Positions 11,206-23,712 of a stretch of DNA of 64,000 nucleotides are shown piece after piece (positions within the stretch are counted from its first letter, which is position 1; every line of letters starts with the position of its first letter). The stretch is taken from positions 9,114,001 to 9,178,000 of the forward strand of contig OZ231126.1 in the NCBI GenBank assembly GCA_965153355.1, given 5' to 3'. Under the pieces are notes generated by a model. That model saw only the letters and a program-made list of their open reading frames with translations, did not search any database and was not told the DNA's origin. This stretch comes from Flaccisagitta enflata. Its lineage: Eukaryota. Both the position numbers and the translations under genes were made by a program.

Positions 11206-14200
11206 ATGGCCTCGACGCCATCGTCGACGGCGGCCGTGGCTGAGGAAGCGGCTGTCGGCGCCGCGTCCAAGCCAACTCCAACGCCGCGTCAGCGCGCCAA
11301 TCCCTCGCCCACCAACGTCGTCGGAGAAACCGACCAACGGCCCGCCAACTTGCCAGATTCCGAACCACGACAGCAACAACGTCTGCCTCAGCAACCGCCT
11401 CAGCAACCAAAACAGCAGCAGCAGCAGCAGCGTCCTGCCGCGAAAACGCGAACTTTACGACTGCGTGATCACGTTGGTTTCGACAGTCTTCCCGATCAAA
11501 TCGTCAGCAAAGCCATTTCTCAAGGATTCGCCTTCAATATTCTGTGCATCGGCGAGACCGGTTAGTCATTTCTCACATGAGGAAAATCCCATTCTCACTT
11601 AAGACAGTGGTCACTCCGATCAAGACCAAATATCAGCCCACGGAGGGCGAAGTTGATCTCACCAAGGGCAACTTAGGTCATCTCATCAAGGGCAAAGTAC
11701 ATCTCATCAAGGGCAAAGTACATCTCATCAAGGGCAAAGGTCATCTCACCAAGGGCAAAGGTCATCTCACCAAGGGCAAAGGTCATCTCACCAAGGGCAA
11801 AGGTCATCTCACCAAGGGCAAAGGTCATCTCACCAAGGGCAAAGGTCATCTCACCAAGGGCAAAGGTCATCTCACCAAGGGCAAAGGTCATCTCACCAAG
11901 GGCGAAGGTCATCTCAACAAGGGCAAATGTCATCTCAACAAGGGCAAATGTCATCTCATCAAGGGCAAATGGCATCTCATCAAGGGCAAATGTCATCTCA
12001 TCAAGGGCAAAGGTCATCTCATCAAGGGCAAAGGTCATCTCATCAAGGGCAAAGGTCATCTCATCAAGGGCAAAGGTCATCTCATCAAGGGCAAAGGTCA
12101 TCTCATCAAGGGCAAAGGTCATCTCATCAGGGGCAAAGGTCATCTCATCAAGGGCGAAGGTCATCTCATCAAGGGCAAAGGTCATCTCATCAAGGGCGAA
12201 TAACATTCTCATCATGAGCAATCATCATTCTCACCAAGGGCAAAGGTCACCTCACCAAGGGCAAAGGTCACCTCACCAAGGGCATAGCTTATTCTAACAT
12301 AGAACATAGGTCATACTCACAAAGGGCAAAGGTGATTTTCCTCCTCTTCCCCCTATTTCCCCTTCCTCCTCCTCCCCCCCTTCAACTCTCCACAGGCATC
12401 GGCAAGTCGACTTTGATGGAAACTCTATTCAACTCGTCATTCGGCGCATCTCCGGGTGATCACGACGCTGCCGGAGTACGTCTTCAGTCGTCGACGCATC
12501 GATTGAAGGAATCCAACGTGGATCTCAAGTTGACCGTCGTCGACTCGGTCGGTTTTGGGGATCAAGTCAACAAAGACGAGTCCTGGGCTCCCATCATCGA
12601 CTACATCGATGCCAAGTTCGAGGATTACTTGCAGGTTAGATGAAATGTCATGATGCGGGGGGAGTGGTCAAACGAGTATGAACGCCGTTGTGAGAAATTC
12701 TGTTGTGAATTGGATGATTTGTTGAGACGGATATGGACCACCAACGTTTGTCGACCTCTTTGACGAGCAAAACTAAATGACGCGCGCAAGCACTCTTCAG
12801 AGTCTCATCGCACATGGAGGTGCTTTTCGCGGACTGAATTTTAAATCGAAACTGAATGAATGAATGAATGAATGATTGATTGATTAATTGATTGAATGAA
12901 TGATTGATTGAATGAATGAATGATTGATTGATTAATTGAATGATTGATTGAATGATTGATTGAATGATTGATTGAATGATTGATTGAATGAATGATTGAT
13001 TGAATGAATGAATGATTGAGGTATGAATGAATGATTGATTGAAGGAACGAATGATTGAATAAATGATTGAATAAATGATTGAATAAATGATTGAATGAAT
13101 GATTGAATGAATGATTGAATGAATGAATGATTGATTGAATGAATGATTGATTGAATGAATGATTGAATGAATAAATGAATGATTGAATGAATAAATGAAT
13201 GATTGAATGAATGAATGATTGAATGAATGAATGAATGATTGAATGAATGAATGATTGAATGAATGATTGAATGAACATTAATGATTGTAATTGTAACGCA
13301 GGAAGAGCTGAAGATTCAGCGAAACCTGGTCGGGTTTGACGACTCTCGAATCCACGCTTGCCTTTACTTCATCTCACCAACGGGCCATTCCTTGCGAAGT
13401 CTCGACTTGCTGACGATGAAGCATCTCGACTCTCGCGTCAACGTCATTCCCGTCATCGGCAAAGCGGACATCATCGCCAAACAAGAGTTGAAGGCCTTTA
13501 AATCTAGGATCAAAGCCGAACTACTCAACAACGGCATCAAAGTCTATCAATTCCCCACCGGTAAGGAAGAAAACGATAAATTGTAACCTTTTTGAAACCT
13601 TTTTGAAAGAGCTATACTTATTACAAATATTACAAGTATTTTAATGTATGATTGCGCCGATGGTCGACTTGTTTTCGCCATTTGGCATGCTTACAGAATA
13701 CAGATATGTCTAGATCTCTCAAAACTTAATCTAACATCGTTTTTATTGATTGGCCATCGCATCATTTCTTTTGATGTTTGACAGACGACGAAGCTGTGGC
13801 GGCGTCCAATTCCAAGATGAACTCGGAAATTCCATTCGCCGTCATTGGCTCCAATGAAACCCTCGTCGTCAACAACAAAAAGGTGAATTGAGTGAATGGC
13901 TGAAAATTGGATGAATGGATGAATGAATGAATGAATGAATGGAACCCTCGACAATAACATAGAGGTGGATGAATGAATGAATGAATGAATGAATGAATGC
14001 TTGAATGGATCATTGAATGAATGGATGCCTGGTTTGATGAATGAAATCCACGTCATCGATGCCGATCGCGTGTCTCAAAATTTTTTCAATTTCCGATTGC
14101 TTTGTAGGTGAAAGTTCGTCAGTATCCGTGGGGAACGATTCAGATCGAGAACGAGGATCACTGCGACTTCGTGAAATTGCGCGAGATGTTAGTCAGGACC

Positions 14201-14425
14201 AACATGGAGGATTTAAGAGAGAAGACGCACGATCTGCATTACGAGACGTACAGGTAAATGTATTCGGTTTGTGATGGAATGTTTGTTTGGCTGCTGATGA
14301 TGGTGATGGTGATTATGAAGGTGTTATGTTGATGGTGACGATGATGATGATGATGATAATGATGATGATAATACTGATAATGATGATGATGAAGGTGATG
14401 AAGAAGGTGATGATGAAGGTGATGG

Positions 14426-14477
<52 letters not shown>

Positions 14478-16900
14478 GGTGAGGATGATGATGATGTTGA
14501 TGATGAAGGTGAGGATGTTGATGATGATGATGATGATGACGATGATGATGAAAGTGAAGAAGATGATGGTAATGATGATGATGATGAAAGTGAAGAAGAT
14601 GATGGTGATTGAGGTGATGACAACAATGAGGGTGACGATATTTTGCCTATCTTATACTTTGTACTTCGTATGTGATCAGACGGCGTCGATTGTTGGCCAT
14701 GGGTTTGGGAGACGAAAGCAAAGACGAAGACGGGAACCCGAATTTGTGCCAAACGGTGGAGAAGAAACGAGCAGAACATCTCCATCATCTCCAAGCCAAA
14801 GAAGATGAGATGAGACAACTATTTGTCCAAAGGTAATCAACTAGAATCGTAGGCCTATAAAAGACGAAAGTATTAGACAAAGTTGTCAGATGAATCTTTC
14901 ATCCGTTCAAAGCCATTGTCAATGGGTAATGATTTAACTTCTATTCCTCTTCCTCCTCTTTTGGGCAGCGGCCCCGGAGGGGCCGATGACCTATGATTCC
15001 ACATAGGGCAATTTTCTCCGGTGTCCGTCCGTCCGTCCGTCCGTCCCCCCCTCCCCCAAGCCTCAAATAAAGCCTCTCAGACCCCAAATCAGGCCTTTTC
15101 AACTCCAAATCAGACCTTTCTGACCCCAAATCAGGCTTCTCAGACCTCAAATCAGGCCTCCCAGAACCCAAATCAGACCTCCCAGACCCCAGATCAAGCT
15201 TCTCAGACCCCAAATTAGGCCTCTCAGATCCAAATCAGGCCCCAGACCCCATGTCAGGCTTTTCAGATCCCAAATTAGACCCCTCAGACCCAAATAAGGC
15301 CTTTCAGATCCCAAATCTAGCCTCTCAGACCCCAAACCTCGCCTCTTACACCCTAAATCAGACCTTTCAGAGCCAAAATCAGGCCTCTCAGCCCTCCAAA
15401 CCAGCCTCTCAAACCGGAGAAAATTGTCCTATGTGGAATCATAGGTCATCGGCCCCTCCGGGGCCGCTGCCCCTCTCACAATCTCATTCCCACATACACT
15501 AACTTAGGGGCATCGGGTACCGCTGACCATGTAACGCTTTTGCGACTATTTTCCTGTACATCCTCTCTCTCCTCCTCTTCCTCCTCTTCCCCTACCCCCT
15601 CCTTACCCTTCCACCTCCTTTTTCTCTTCCTCCTCCTTTGCCTTTCTTTCTCTTCCTTCTTTTCCTCTTCCTGTTTCTCCTCCACCCCCCTCCTTATCTC
15701 GTCCCTTTGACAGAGTGAAATCGAAAGAAGCCGAGCTGAAAGAATCTGAGAAGGAATTACACGTCAAGTTTGAAAAGTTAAAACGAGTTCACGCCGAGGA
15801 AAAGAAGAATTTGGAGGAGAGAAAACGAATGTTCGAGGAAGAGGTGAGGTTACACATTGCCGTACGACCATCAATGACTCATGAATTATCAGATAGTAGT
15901 ATTTAACATTTCATCAGTTAAGGCTTAAGTAGGCCTCGGCGGCGTCATTGATATGCGCGAATCCTTTTAGGCGCTGCATAAACGTTTGGAGAGACGCACC
16001 AGACAGATAGCCAACGAGATGGGCTGCCGTTATCCGGCAAGTTGTTCCTGCCCAGTTGGATGCTCCTGTACCGCTAGCTGTTTCTGTTCCAGTTGCTTTG
16101 GCCCGAAAGTCCTCGCCAAAGACAAAAAGAGCCGAAAAGATTGCTTTGTTAGGCTAGCTTTACCAGGAAAACTGTTAGCTTTCATTATCTCCTTCCCTCT
16201 CGCTGCGGTCATGGCTTACTCAACGTGGTTTTACTTCATGGTTTGGATGGCCTCCGCTCTGTTATAAATCTTTTAAAAAACTTGTGGCATGAAAGCCATA
16301 ATCTGTATTTTGGGGAGGGGGGTTACAAGCGTCATTAGTCAATTTGTATTATTACTAGGTTGTTGGAATACTTAGGGCTAAGCCGGATAATTATCTTATA
16401 TCTGCGTCAGTGTTTTTAACAATAACCGCGGTAAAAACGTCCAAAACGTAACGTTTTCGGCCTGTACATTGTGGTAGCTTAAAATACAACGTCATCATTT
16501 CTTTCTGCCTTCATAACAGTTTCAAAAATATTGATTGAATCGTTCTCATTGTTCCACTGTTCTATTCCCATCAAATTGCCGAAAAGCCAACTTGTTAACC
16601 GCACATGTTCACAATGAACTCATGTTCTCTTTCTCTTTTATTCTCTCGTTCGTATCTCAGTATCAAACCTTTCAGCAGCGCCGTGACGTTGATCGGGCTT
16701 CCGCTCTGCTGCGCAGTCAACAAGGCGGCGTCGGCGCCACTTTGGAGCCTCACATGGCATCCAACGCCAGTCTGGCGGGCGGCGGCGGCGTCCACGCTTC
16801 GGCTTCTTCGCTCTCCGTCGGAAAAACATTCTCTTCCACTCTCAAAAGATTCACTTCCAACAAAAACGTGGAAAAGTCTTCGCCGGAAATGCATCATTGA
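11206..16900 (+). CDS. Septin, SEPT6/8/10/11 group
   Basis: Exons 11206-11560, 12396-12634, 13302-13560, 13785-13882, 14108-14253, 14680-14832, 15714-15843, 16661-16900. [28 protein letters not shown] (G1), [43 protein letters not shown] and coiled coil [18 protein letters not shown] are diagnostic of the SEPT6 group. Confidence 0.95.
11655..12331. repeat. 21-bp tandem minisatellite filling septin intron 1
   Basis: (CATCTCAYCAAGGGCAAAGGT)n; explains the 7-aa periodic ORFs. Confidence 0.95.
12854..13275. repeat. (GAAT/GATT)n compound microsatellite
   Basis: Direct inspection; septin intron 2. Confidence 0.95.
14295..14640. repeat. (GAT)n-rich microsatellite
   Basis: Direct inspection; septin intron 5. 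Confidence 0.9.
14963..15472 (+). mobile_element. Inverted-repeat element with GTCC microsatellite and internal 21-bp tandem array
   Basis: 60-bp inverted repeats at 14963-15022 and 15413-15472 (1 mismatch); (GTCC)n; TCAGACCCCAAATCAGGCCTC-like units at ~15060-15410. Confidence 0.8.
15971..16267 (+). CDS. Candidate alternative terminal exon of the septin (Cys-rich segment plus hydrophobic C-terminal tail)
   Basis: Acceptor ATCCTTTTAG|GCG is phase 0, matching the exon-7 donor (GAAGAG|GT, 15843). Open for 98 codons: [46 protein letters not shown]...[31 protein letters not shown]. Confidence 0.55.
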   Translation, partial: ALHKRLERRTRQIANEMGCRYPASCSCPVGCSCTASCFCSSCFGPKVLAKDKKSRKDCFVRLALPGKLLAFIISFPLAAVMAYSTWFYFMVWMASALL

Positions 16901-17021
16901 CACACCGGAAGTGCATCTTGGAAACTGCTGTCGATTCTAAAACGATTCTCAAACTTCTGTCCCGAGACGCGTCTGCCTTCGATTCTCGCGGAATTTTTTA
17001 CCCAAGTGGGTCGTGGATATG

Positions 17022-17545
17022 CAGTAGATCTCGTCTAGACTTGAGATAACGGGGGCAAGCATTGTGGAAAAACAAATGAAGCGAAGGGGCTGATATTTGG
17101 AATAAAAATTAATAAAAAAATGATTTATTCCCTATGATGCTCGGTTGCCATGACAACATATTTCCATGTATTCTCGTTAAAATATCAATATTTTGAGAGA
17201 TTTTTTTAGGGAACATTGCTTAAAATCAAATTTGCGACAACTTTCCCACAATATCGTTCGTGTTACAACCCCTCGCAAGTGTAGAAACCGCTAAATGAGC
17301 GACATTCTTACACAACGTACTTTGGGAAAGTTATAGCAAGTTTTATTTAAAGCAATGTTCATTCAAAATATTTCTCAAAATGTTGATATTTTAGCATAAA
17401 TACATGGAAATGCATTTCCATGGCAACCAACATGAGCAATAAAGTATCGTTTTATTAGTCTTTATCCCAAATATGAATTCCCTGGTTTCATTAGTTTTCT
17501 TACAATGCTTGTCTCCGTTATCTCAAGTCTAGACGAAATCTACTG
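17022..17545. mobile_element. Foldback MITE, Tc1/mariner/pogo-type
   Basis: TIR CAGTAGATCTCGTCTAGACTTGAGATAACGG / CCGTTATCTCAAGTCTAGACGAAATCTACTG; arms pair over most of the length; TA at the right flank. Confidence 0.85.
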
Positions 17546-18020
17546 TATATAAACGTTAGGTCCACAGTTGTTGCCATGATCTGCAGATGACTTAGATTTC
17601 GAGATCGATCAGTTCTTGCCGTCTCTTACGTCGATAAAAATGAACACGACGTCAATGGACAAAAGAGACTCAATGAATTGATTGTGATGACATTTCCCAT
17701 TTAAGTAAAAGGAGATAATCTTTTTGCTCGCCATATTAAACCAAAGTCAGACCATATCCAGTTCTGTTCCCGGTCTGTTTCTATTGTGATCCAGCCTGGA
17801 TTCAATTTCGATTTAATTTGGATCCAGTCGTGATCCAGTTTGGATCCAGTTTGGAGCCACTTTTGATCCAACCAGTTGAAAAATGTCATTCAATTTAATA
17901 CATCGGTCAGCTGGTGGTCGCCTCATTTGTCTCATGTAAAAAATGAGACATTCAGCGAAATCCTCAAACGCATTCTCATACGGTCCTTTTTAAAACTTCT
18001 TCCAAAAATGTCAGGAGTGA

Positions 18021-18139
18021 TTTTTAGGTGCGACAAAGCACCTCTATAACTGGCTGTGTCTGTTGGTCGGTCGGTTGGTTGATAACGCATTCGTTCGACG
18101 ATCCACACGTCGCACCTTATTGGCCTACTTGGCCTTGTT
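18021..18139 (+). mobile_element. HINE-like element, divergent subfamily
   Basis: 5' hairpin AGGTGCGACAAAGCACCT, GGTC/GGTT repeats, 3' subTIR GTCGCACCT, GGCCTACTTGGCCTTGTT end. Confidence 0.7.
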
Positions 18140-19384
18140 TTTTGGTGTACCTATTTTTTCTTCCCCTAGACTGTATATTTTGATTGCCGGCATCTTACGA
18201 TGATATTCTCGGGACATCACGCTAAAACATGCCTAATTAGATGCAGGTTGTCAAAGCTGAGCGTTAAAATGAATTTATCGCTTTTTGTACTTTTTGATGC
18301 AATCACCATAGAAGAGGCTAGGATACATATACGGTCCGATCGCAATTCCACCAATAATTCATTTTCCTTTCCCTCTTCCACCTTTTCTGATCGTCATTTC
18401 GTAATCACATGATCACACACCTCCATTACCCCGAAACCCGCTCATTCGTTTCCATCCACTTATATTTCGTCTACATCATTTTCGTCATTTTGTCGATGGT
18501 TTTTAAAATGTCAACTGACAAGATTGATCTCGCTTCATATTCCACCTATTGTTGAGTTCTGGGGAACGCGATATATGTTACTGATTTTTTGGGACAGCAT
18601 GTTATGATATGTTATGATATGATACGATATAGTATGATGATATATTCAAAGAATTTTGTCGATGAACAACTTGTATTTTGTTAGGGGGAGCTTGGTTGGA
18701 ATTACCCCACCCTATATTTACTTATAATCTCGCAGAACTTTATATTACTGTTGTCTCAAGGATTCTGAAAGGTGTTTTTTAGTCTTTAACACTCAACAAA
18801 TCCATCCAGCTTTTTGGGTTTATATTCTGTCTCTCATTGCTCATTTGAATCTCTTGATCTGTCATTTTTGTTTTTGTTTTTACGCCTTTGATTCAACTCG
18901 ACATTTTTAAAGCTTTTTATGAGCGATGTGGGTCGTTGTCGCTGTTGGTTTGTTGCTGTTTTGATCTTTTTCTGGAATAATTTGGAAAAAAGTCGAAGAA
19001 TACCCTCGGTTTTTGAGACCTGCGGAGGAATTTGGATTTCTATCTTTCTCATGGGTCTTTTGGGGAAGTTGATCATTTTTTGGGTTCAAATCATGCTACG
19101 CATGAAATTAACAGCTGAAAAAAAGCTAATTCTCCTTTTTCAGGTGACGCCAAGCAGAATTCTGTCCTATCGATAGTTTTAGAGTTATAATTTTTAAAAA
19201 TTTTTTTTTATTTTCTCGCATTTTTTCTTTTTTTCCCAGTGATCAATATTTTTCATTCATCTTAATTTTAGGCCTTATGTAACAATGAATTAAGTCAAAA
19301 TGACACTAGCTTTCAAATCACTCATGCTCTGTCTGTCTGTCTATTTTTTTTTGTCTGTCTGTATTTCTCCCAGTATTTACGACT

Positions 19385-20545
19385 TTTTGTCCGCGACGGA
19401 ATACCATTCCGACGCGGACTATAATTCGAGGCGGGTGGGTGTCGTCGTCGTCGTCGTAGTCGTTGTCGTCCACACTTTTAAAAATGGGCTAACTTTTGAA
19501 CGCCTTGACCGATTTGCTTCATATTTGGAGGGAAGTTGTATTAGGGTAAGCCGCTTTGCAGCCTATGCGTATGTTATGATCCGACCCACCCAACCGGCCC
19601 AACCAGCCTACCAGCCTAAAAGTGAAAAACGTACATAACTTCGGCATTTTTCAACTGATTTGGTTAAAATTTGGTATGTAGTCCCTAAATGGAAGAACTC
19701 AACATATGTATTTGAATTGTAAAGATTTTAGCATGCTAACCGGCCAAACCGGCCTACCAACCAACCAGCCTACCAGCCTAAAAGTGAAAAACGTGCATAA
19801 CTTTGGCATTTTTCAACCGATTTGGTTAAAACTTGGTATGTAGTCTCTAAATGGAAGGACTCAACATATGTATTTGATTTGTAAAGATTTTAGCATGCTA
19901 ACCGGCCAAACCGGCCTACCACCCAACCAGCCTACCAGCCTAAAAGAGAAAAACGTGCATAACTTTGGCATTTTTCAACCAATTTGGTTAAAACTTGGTA
20001 TGTAGTCTCTAAATGGAAGGACTCAACATATGTATTTGATTTGTAAAGATTTTAGCATGCTAAACGGCCAAACCGGCCTACCACCCAACTAGCCTACCAG
20101 CCTAAAAGTGAAAAACGTGCATAACTTTGGCATTTTTCTACCGATTTGGTTAAAATTTGGTATGTAGTCCCTAAATGGAAGAACTCAACATATGTATTTG
20201 AATTGTAAAGATTTTAGCATGCTAACCGGCCAAACCGGCCTACTACCCAACCAGCCTAAAAGTGAGAAACGTGCATAACTTTGGCATTTTTTAACCAATT
20301 TGGTTAGGACTTGGTATGTAGTCTTTAAATGGAAGGACTCAACATATGTATTTGATTTGTAAAGATTATAGCATGCTAACTGGCCAAACCAACCAAACAG
20401 CCGTTTGACAATGCCGTTTGACAACGCCGTTTGACAACGCCGTTTGACAACGCCGTTTGACAACGCCGTTTGACAAGGCCGTTTGACAAGGCCGTTTGAC
20501 AACGCCGTTTGACAACGCCGTTTGACCCCAGTCGCGGACCCATAC
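19385..20545 (+). mobile_element. Helentron-type element with a central 162-bp tandem array
   Basis: 5' hairpin GTCCGCGACGGAAT..ATTCCGACGCGGAC; (GTC)n; about 5 x 162-bp units (CCAGCCTAAAAG at 19611, 19773, 19935, 20097, 20251); 13-bp repeats at 20400-20525; 3' subTIR GTCGCGGAC at 20531. Confidence 0.75.
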
Positions 20546-21455
20546 TCTTTCAAGATTTTTTCCTACGGCGATTAGCCAGCTTTATTGGTAGATTTTTCCT
20601 CCGGGATTTCTCATTCTTTCTTGACGTTTCTTGGAAGTTTCCAAGATTTTAGCGAAAGCATTCTCTGAATTGAAGAATACATAATCCATAACGCGACACG
20701 ACCTTTCTCGCTCGAGCTTCGGTCAGTTTATACTCATTTTTGCCTTAGTTGTAGTTTTAAAACCAAAAACTTTTATTTATTTACTAATGATTCACCAAAA
20801 ATACTGTCGAAAGTTTCCTTATTCAAATATGATAACGGGACTTCGTAGCTGGGGGCAAAGGTCATTTCAATACAAGAATAATCTTTCTGAGCTGGGTTCC
20901 TAGGTAAACAATAAGGTATGGAAACGTTTGAAAGTTTCTGGAAAGTTTTTGAAAGTTATATATTTTATTGACTAAATCCACATGATATTATCGCTTCGAT
21001 TCGAATTTAACGTGTTTTGTTTCAAATAGTTGGTATAATTGGGCAGACTTCTTTTGAATTCGTAACTCTGTCTTTTCTCAGTGATGTCATGATGCGGTTC
21101 TCAAGCAATAATAACTCGAATCTGTCTCATAACCGTAACACCGACGTAACTGCCGACACCTGCCACAGTGCCGCACTGACAATTCAATAAACTGAAACGA
21201 CCCCCGGGGCCCATTATTCTGAATTCAATAGACTGAAACGACCTCCGGGAGCCATAACGACTGACATTGCGGCTGCAAAACTCAGCATGCTCTAGATCTA
21301 CGCTCGGATTTGTAAATTGTGATGAGTCTCAATTCTGTAACCCGTAAGAAACAAAAGTAAAAAAGTAAAAAAATCTTTTTCCTCGACCTCAAAGTCAATT
21401 TGTTGTACTTCATTCTGCGGTCAAGGGACATTTAAAAATGTATTTTGGATAAGAA

Positions 21456-23664
21456 ATGGATTCGTCTCCGACGTCGATGACTTACGTCACCATGGACGAC
21501 TTCGGCAATGCCACACAAACCAACGACGGACATCGAGGTGACAGTTATGGCTTAGCGATTTAGAGCTTCGCTTTGCTATTGTTGGGTTTAAATTGCTTCG
21601 GCTTACTTACATGATATGGAGGGATTGAAAATTTGAAAGATACAATTGTTAGGAGCGTCGTCGCATTTCTATGAAGTCGTGTCCGTTTGTCGCAAACTTT
21701 TAAATCGCGAAATCCGAGTCTCTCTCATTCAAAAAGCAGAACCAATATGCTCTTTCACTCATTCTATCACTCACCAACTCTTTCACTTACTCACTCATTC
21801 TATCACTTATTTATTCATTCATTCATTCAATCATGAAAAAAAGACATTCATAAATGGCCAAAAACATTCATTGGCCTAGTTTTTTCTTTCTTTCAAAATC
21901 TACACCGTCTTTAAATCGAAATGGCAAATAGTAAATCTTTGTAGCTCTAAAACTACTACCGTCACACGGGGCTAATAGGGACAGCAGGGGTAAATAGGGA
22001 CAGTTCTACATTTCAAGTTTAAAACCACAAAAATGGTTATAAAACCATATTAACAGCCGTATGTCACCTCCTATAAACTGATTAATGATAAAATGTTGAG
22101 AGAAACAAAAAAAAGTTGAACGGGTTAAAGATATCACGTTTAACGTAAGTGTCCCTATTTGCCCCGGCTGTCCCTATTAGCCCCGTGTGACGGTAGCACA
22201 AAAGCCTTCAAATTTTCAGTGAATGTTGGCAACAACTGACCATTTTGTCATGCCAAAACTCAGATTTTGATACTGAATAGTTTGGGGGTCATTAAAGCAT
22301 TGAAAAGCTATCAATTTTATGGAAAAAAACAATTTCTCCCAGGTTTACTTTTAAGAATCTTTTTTGTTTATTGTTTTTTTCCTGATTAAGCAAGCTTGAA
22401 CCCTGGAGTTGGTCTTAAATTAAGAGTAAAAGATCATAAATATAAGTTCTGCTTGAAACTTTCATTATTTTTTTTGTATTTAAGAAGAATTGAATGATTT
22501 TCAAATGATTGACAGTCTGGATTTTAGCAATGATTTTCAAAAATCAATGATAACCTCAAAATATCACTAACTTTTTTCAATTTTTTTGGTAAAAGTGTAA
22601 TCTCTGAAAAATTTCCTATCATTTGAGACCAACCCCGGAGTGCTAGCTCAATTTTTTTGACCTCTGTATATTGATAAAGACAAGTCTTTTCAAATAAAGC
22701 AAGAAACAAAAATTCAACCCTAAAAATTGGGTATATTCCGTGTGTTTTACTGACCCCAAACTATTCAGTGATAAAATCTGAGTTTTTGCATGATAAAATG
22801 GTCAGTTGTTACCAAGATTCACTAAAAATTCGAAGGCTTTTGGGCAAGTAATTTTGGAGCAACAAAGGTTTACTATTTGCCATTTCGATTTAAAGACGGT
22901 GTAATCGTCTTTTGCTTTTGTTTTGCGGAAGTTTTGCTAATCTCGATTGATTGTGTCGATTGTCAGGCGTGCCGGTGCATACGGGAACACCTGTCAAGTA
23001 CGGTCCTAATTTCGATTGGTCATCTCTTTTGTCAGGCGTGCCGGTGCATACGGGAACACCCGTCAAGTACGGTCCTTTGGACGATGAAGAAGGCCACTTT
23101 GGCGAAGAATGGGGTCTCAGAGAAACCAGAGTTCAGGTTTCCTATTTGCATCCAGATCTTATTGAAACCCAAGGTAAGAGACGGTCAACTCGACAAGTTC
23201 GACCGCATCTGGCAGAAATTAACTTTAGATGACTGTTGTTTCCCATCCTGCTTTTGTCTTGATTCGCATATCATGTCTGTCTGTTTGCATGTTTTACACT
23301 TTACCTCGCAAAACTGTTCAGTTCAAAGTGTGAATTCTTTCCCTAAAACTGTTCTATCGCGCTTCTGTAGAGTTCGGCGATCTGGCTTATGAAAATCGGT
23401 TCAATTAGTTTCAATTAATAAATAAAAAATCGCGAGTATAGGTTCGGTTCGGATACTGCTATTACCGACTTCCGGTTGCGGTTATTATCGATTTTTATTT
23501 GCCTACTGACATTTTTTTTGCATGATGATTAAGTGTGGATCATTTGAGAACAGTATTGATTTTTTTCTTTTTTAAATCTTGCACTTTATTAGCTATTTAC
23601 TTTTACTTTTTTTTATTATTTATTGTTTTTTAGATGTGTCACTTTTTATCTTTTTTTAATGCTA

Positions 23665-23712
<48 letters not shown>

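Noticed and set aside
11544-12221. 219-aa HLIKGKG and antisense repeat ORFs
   Set aside because: By-products of a 21-bp intronic minisatellite; septin exon 1 splices at 11560 and its frame stops right after the donor.
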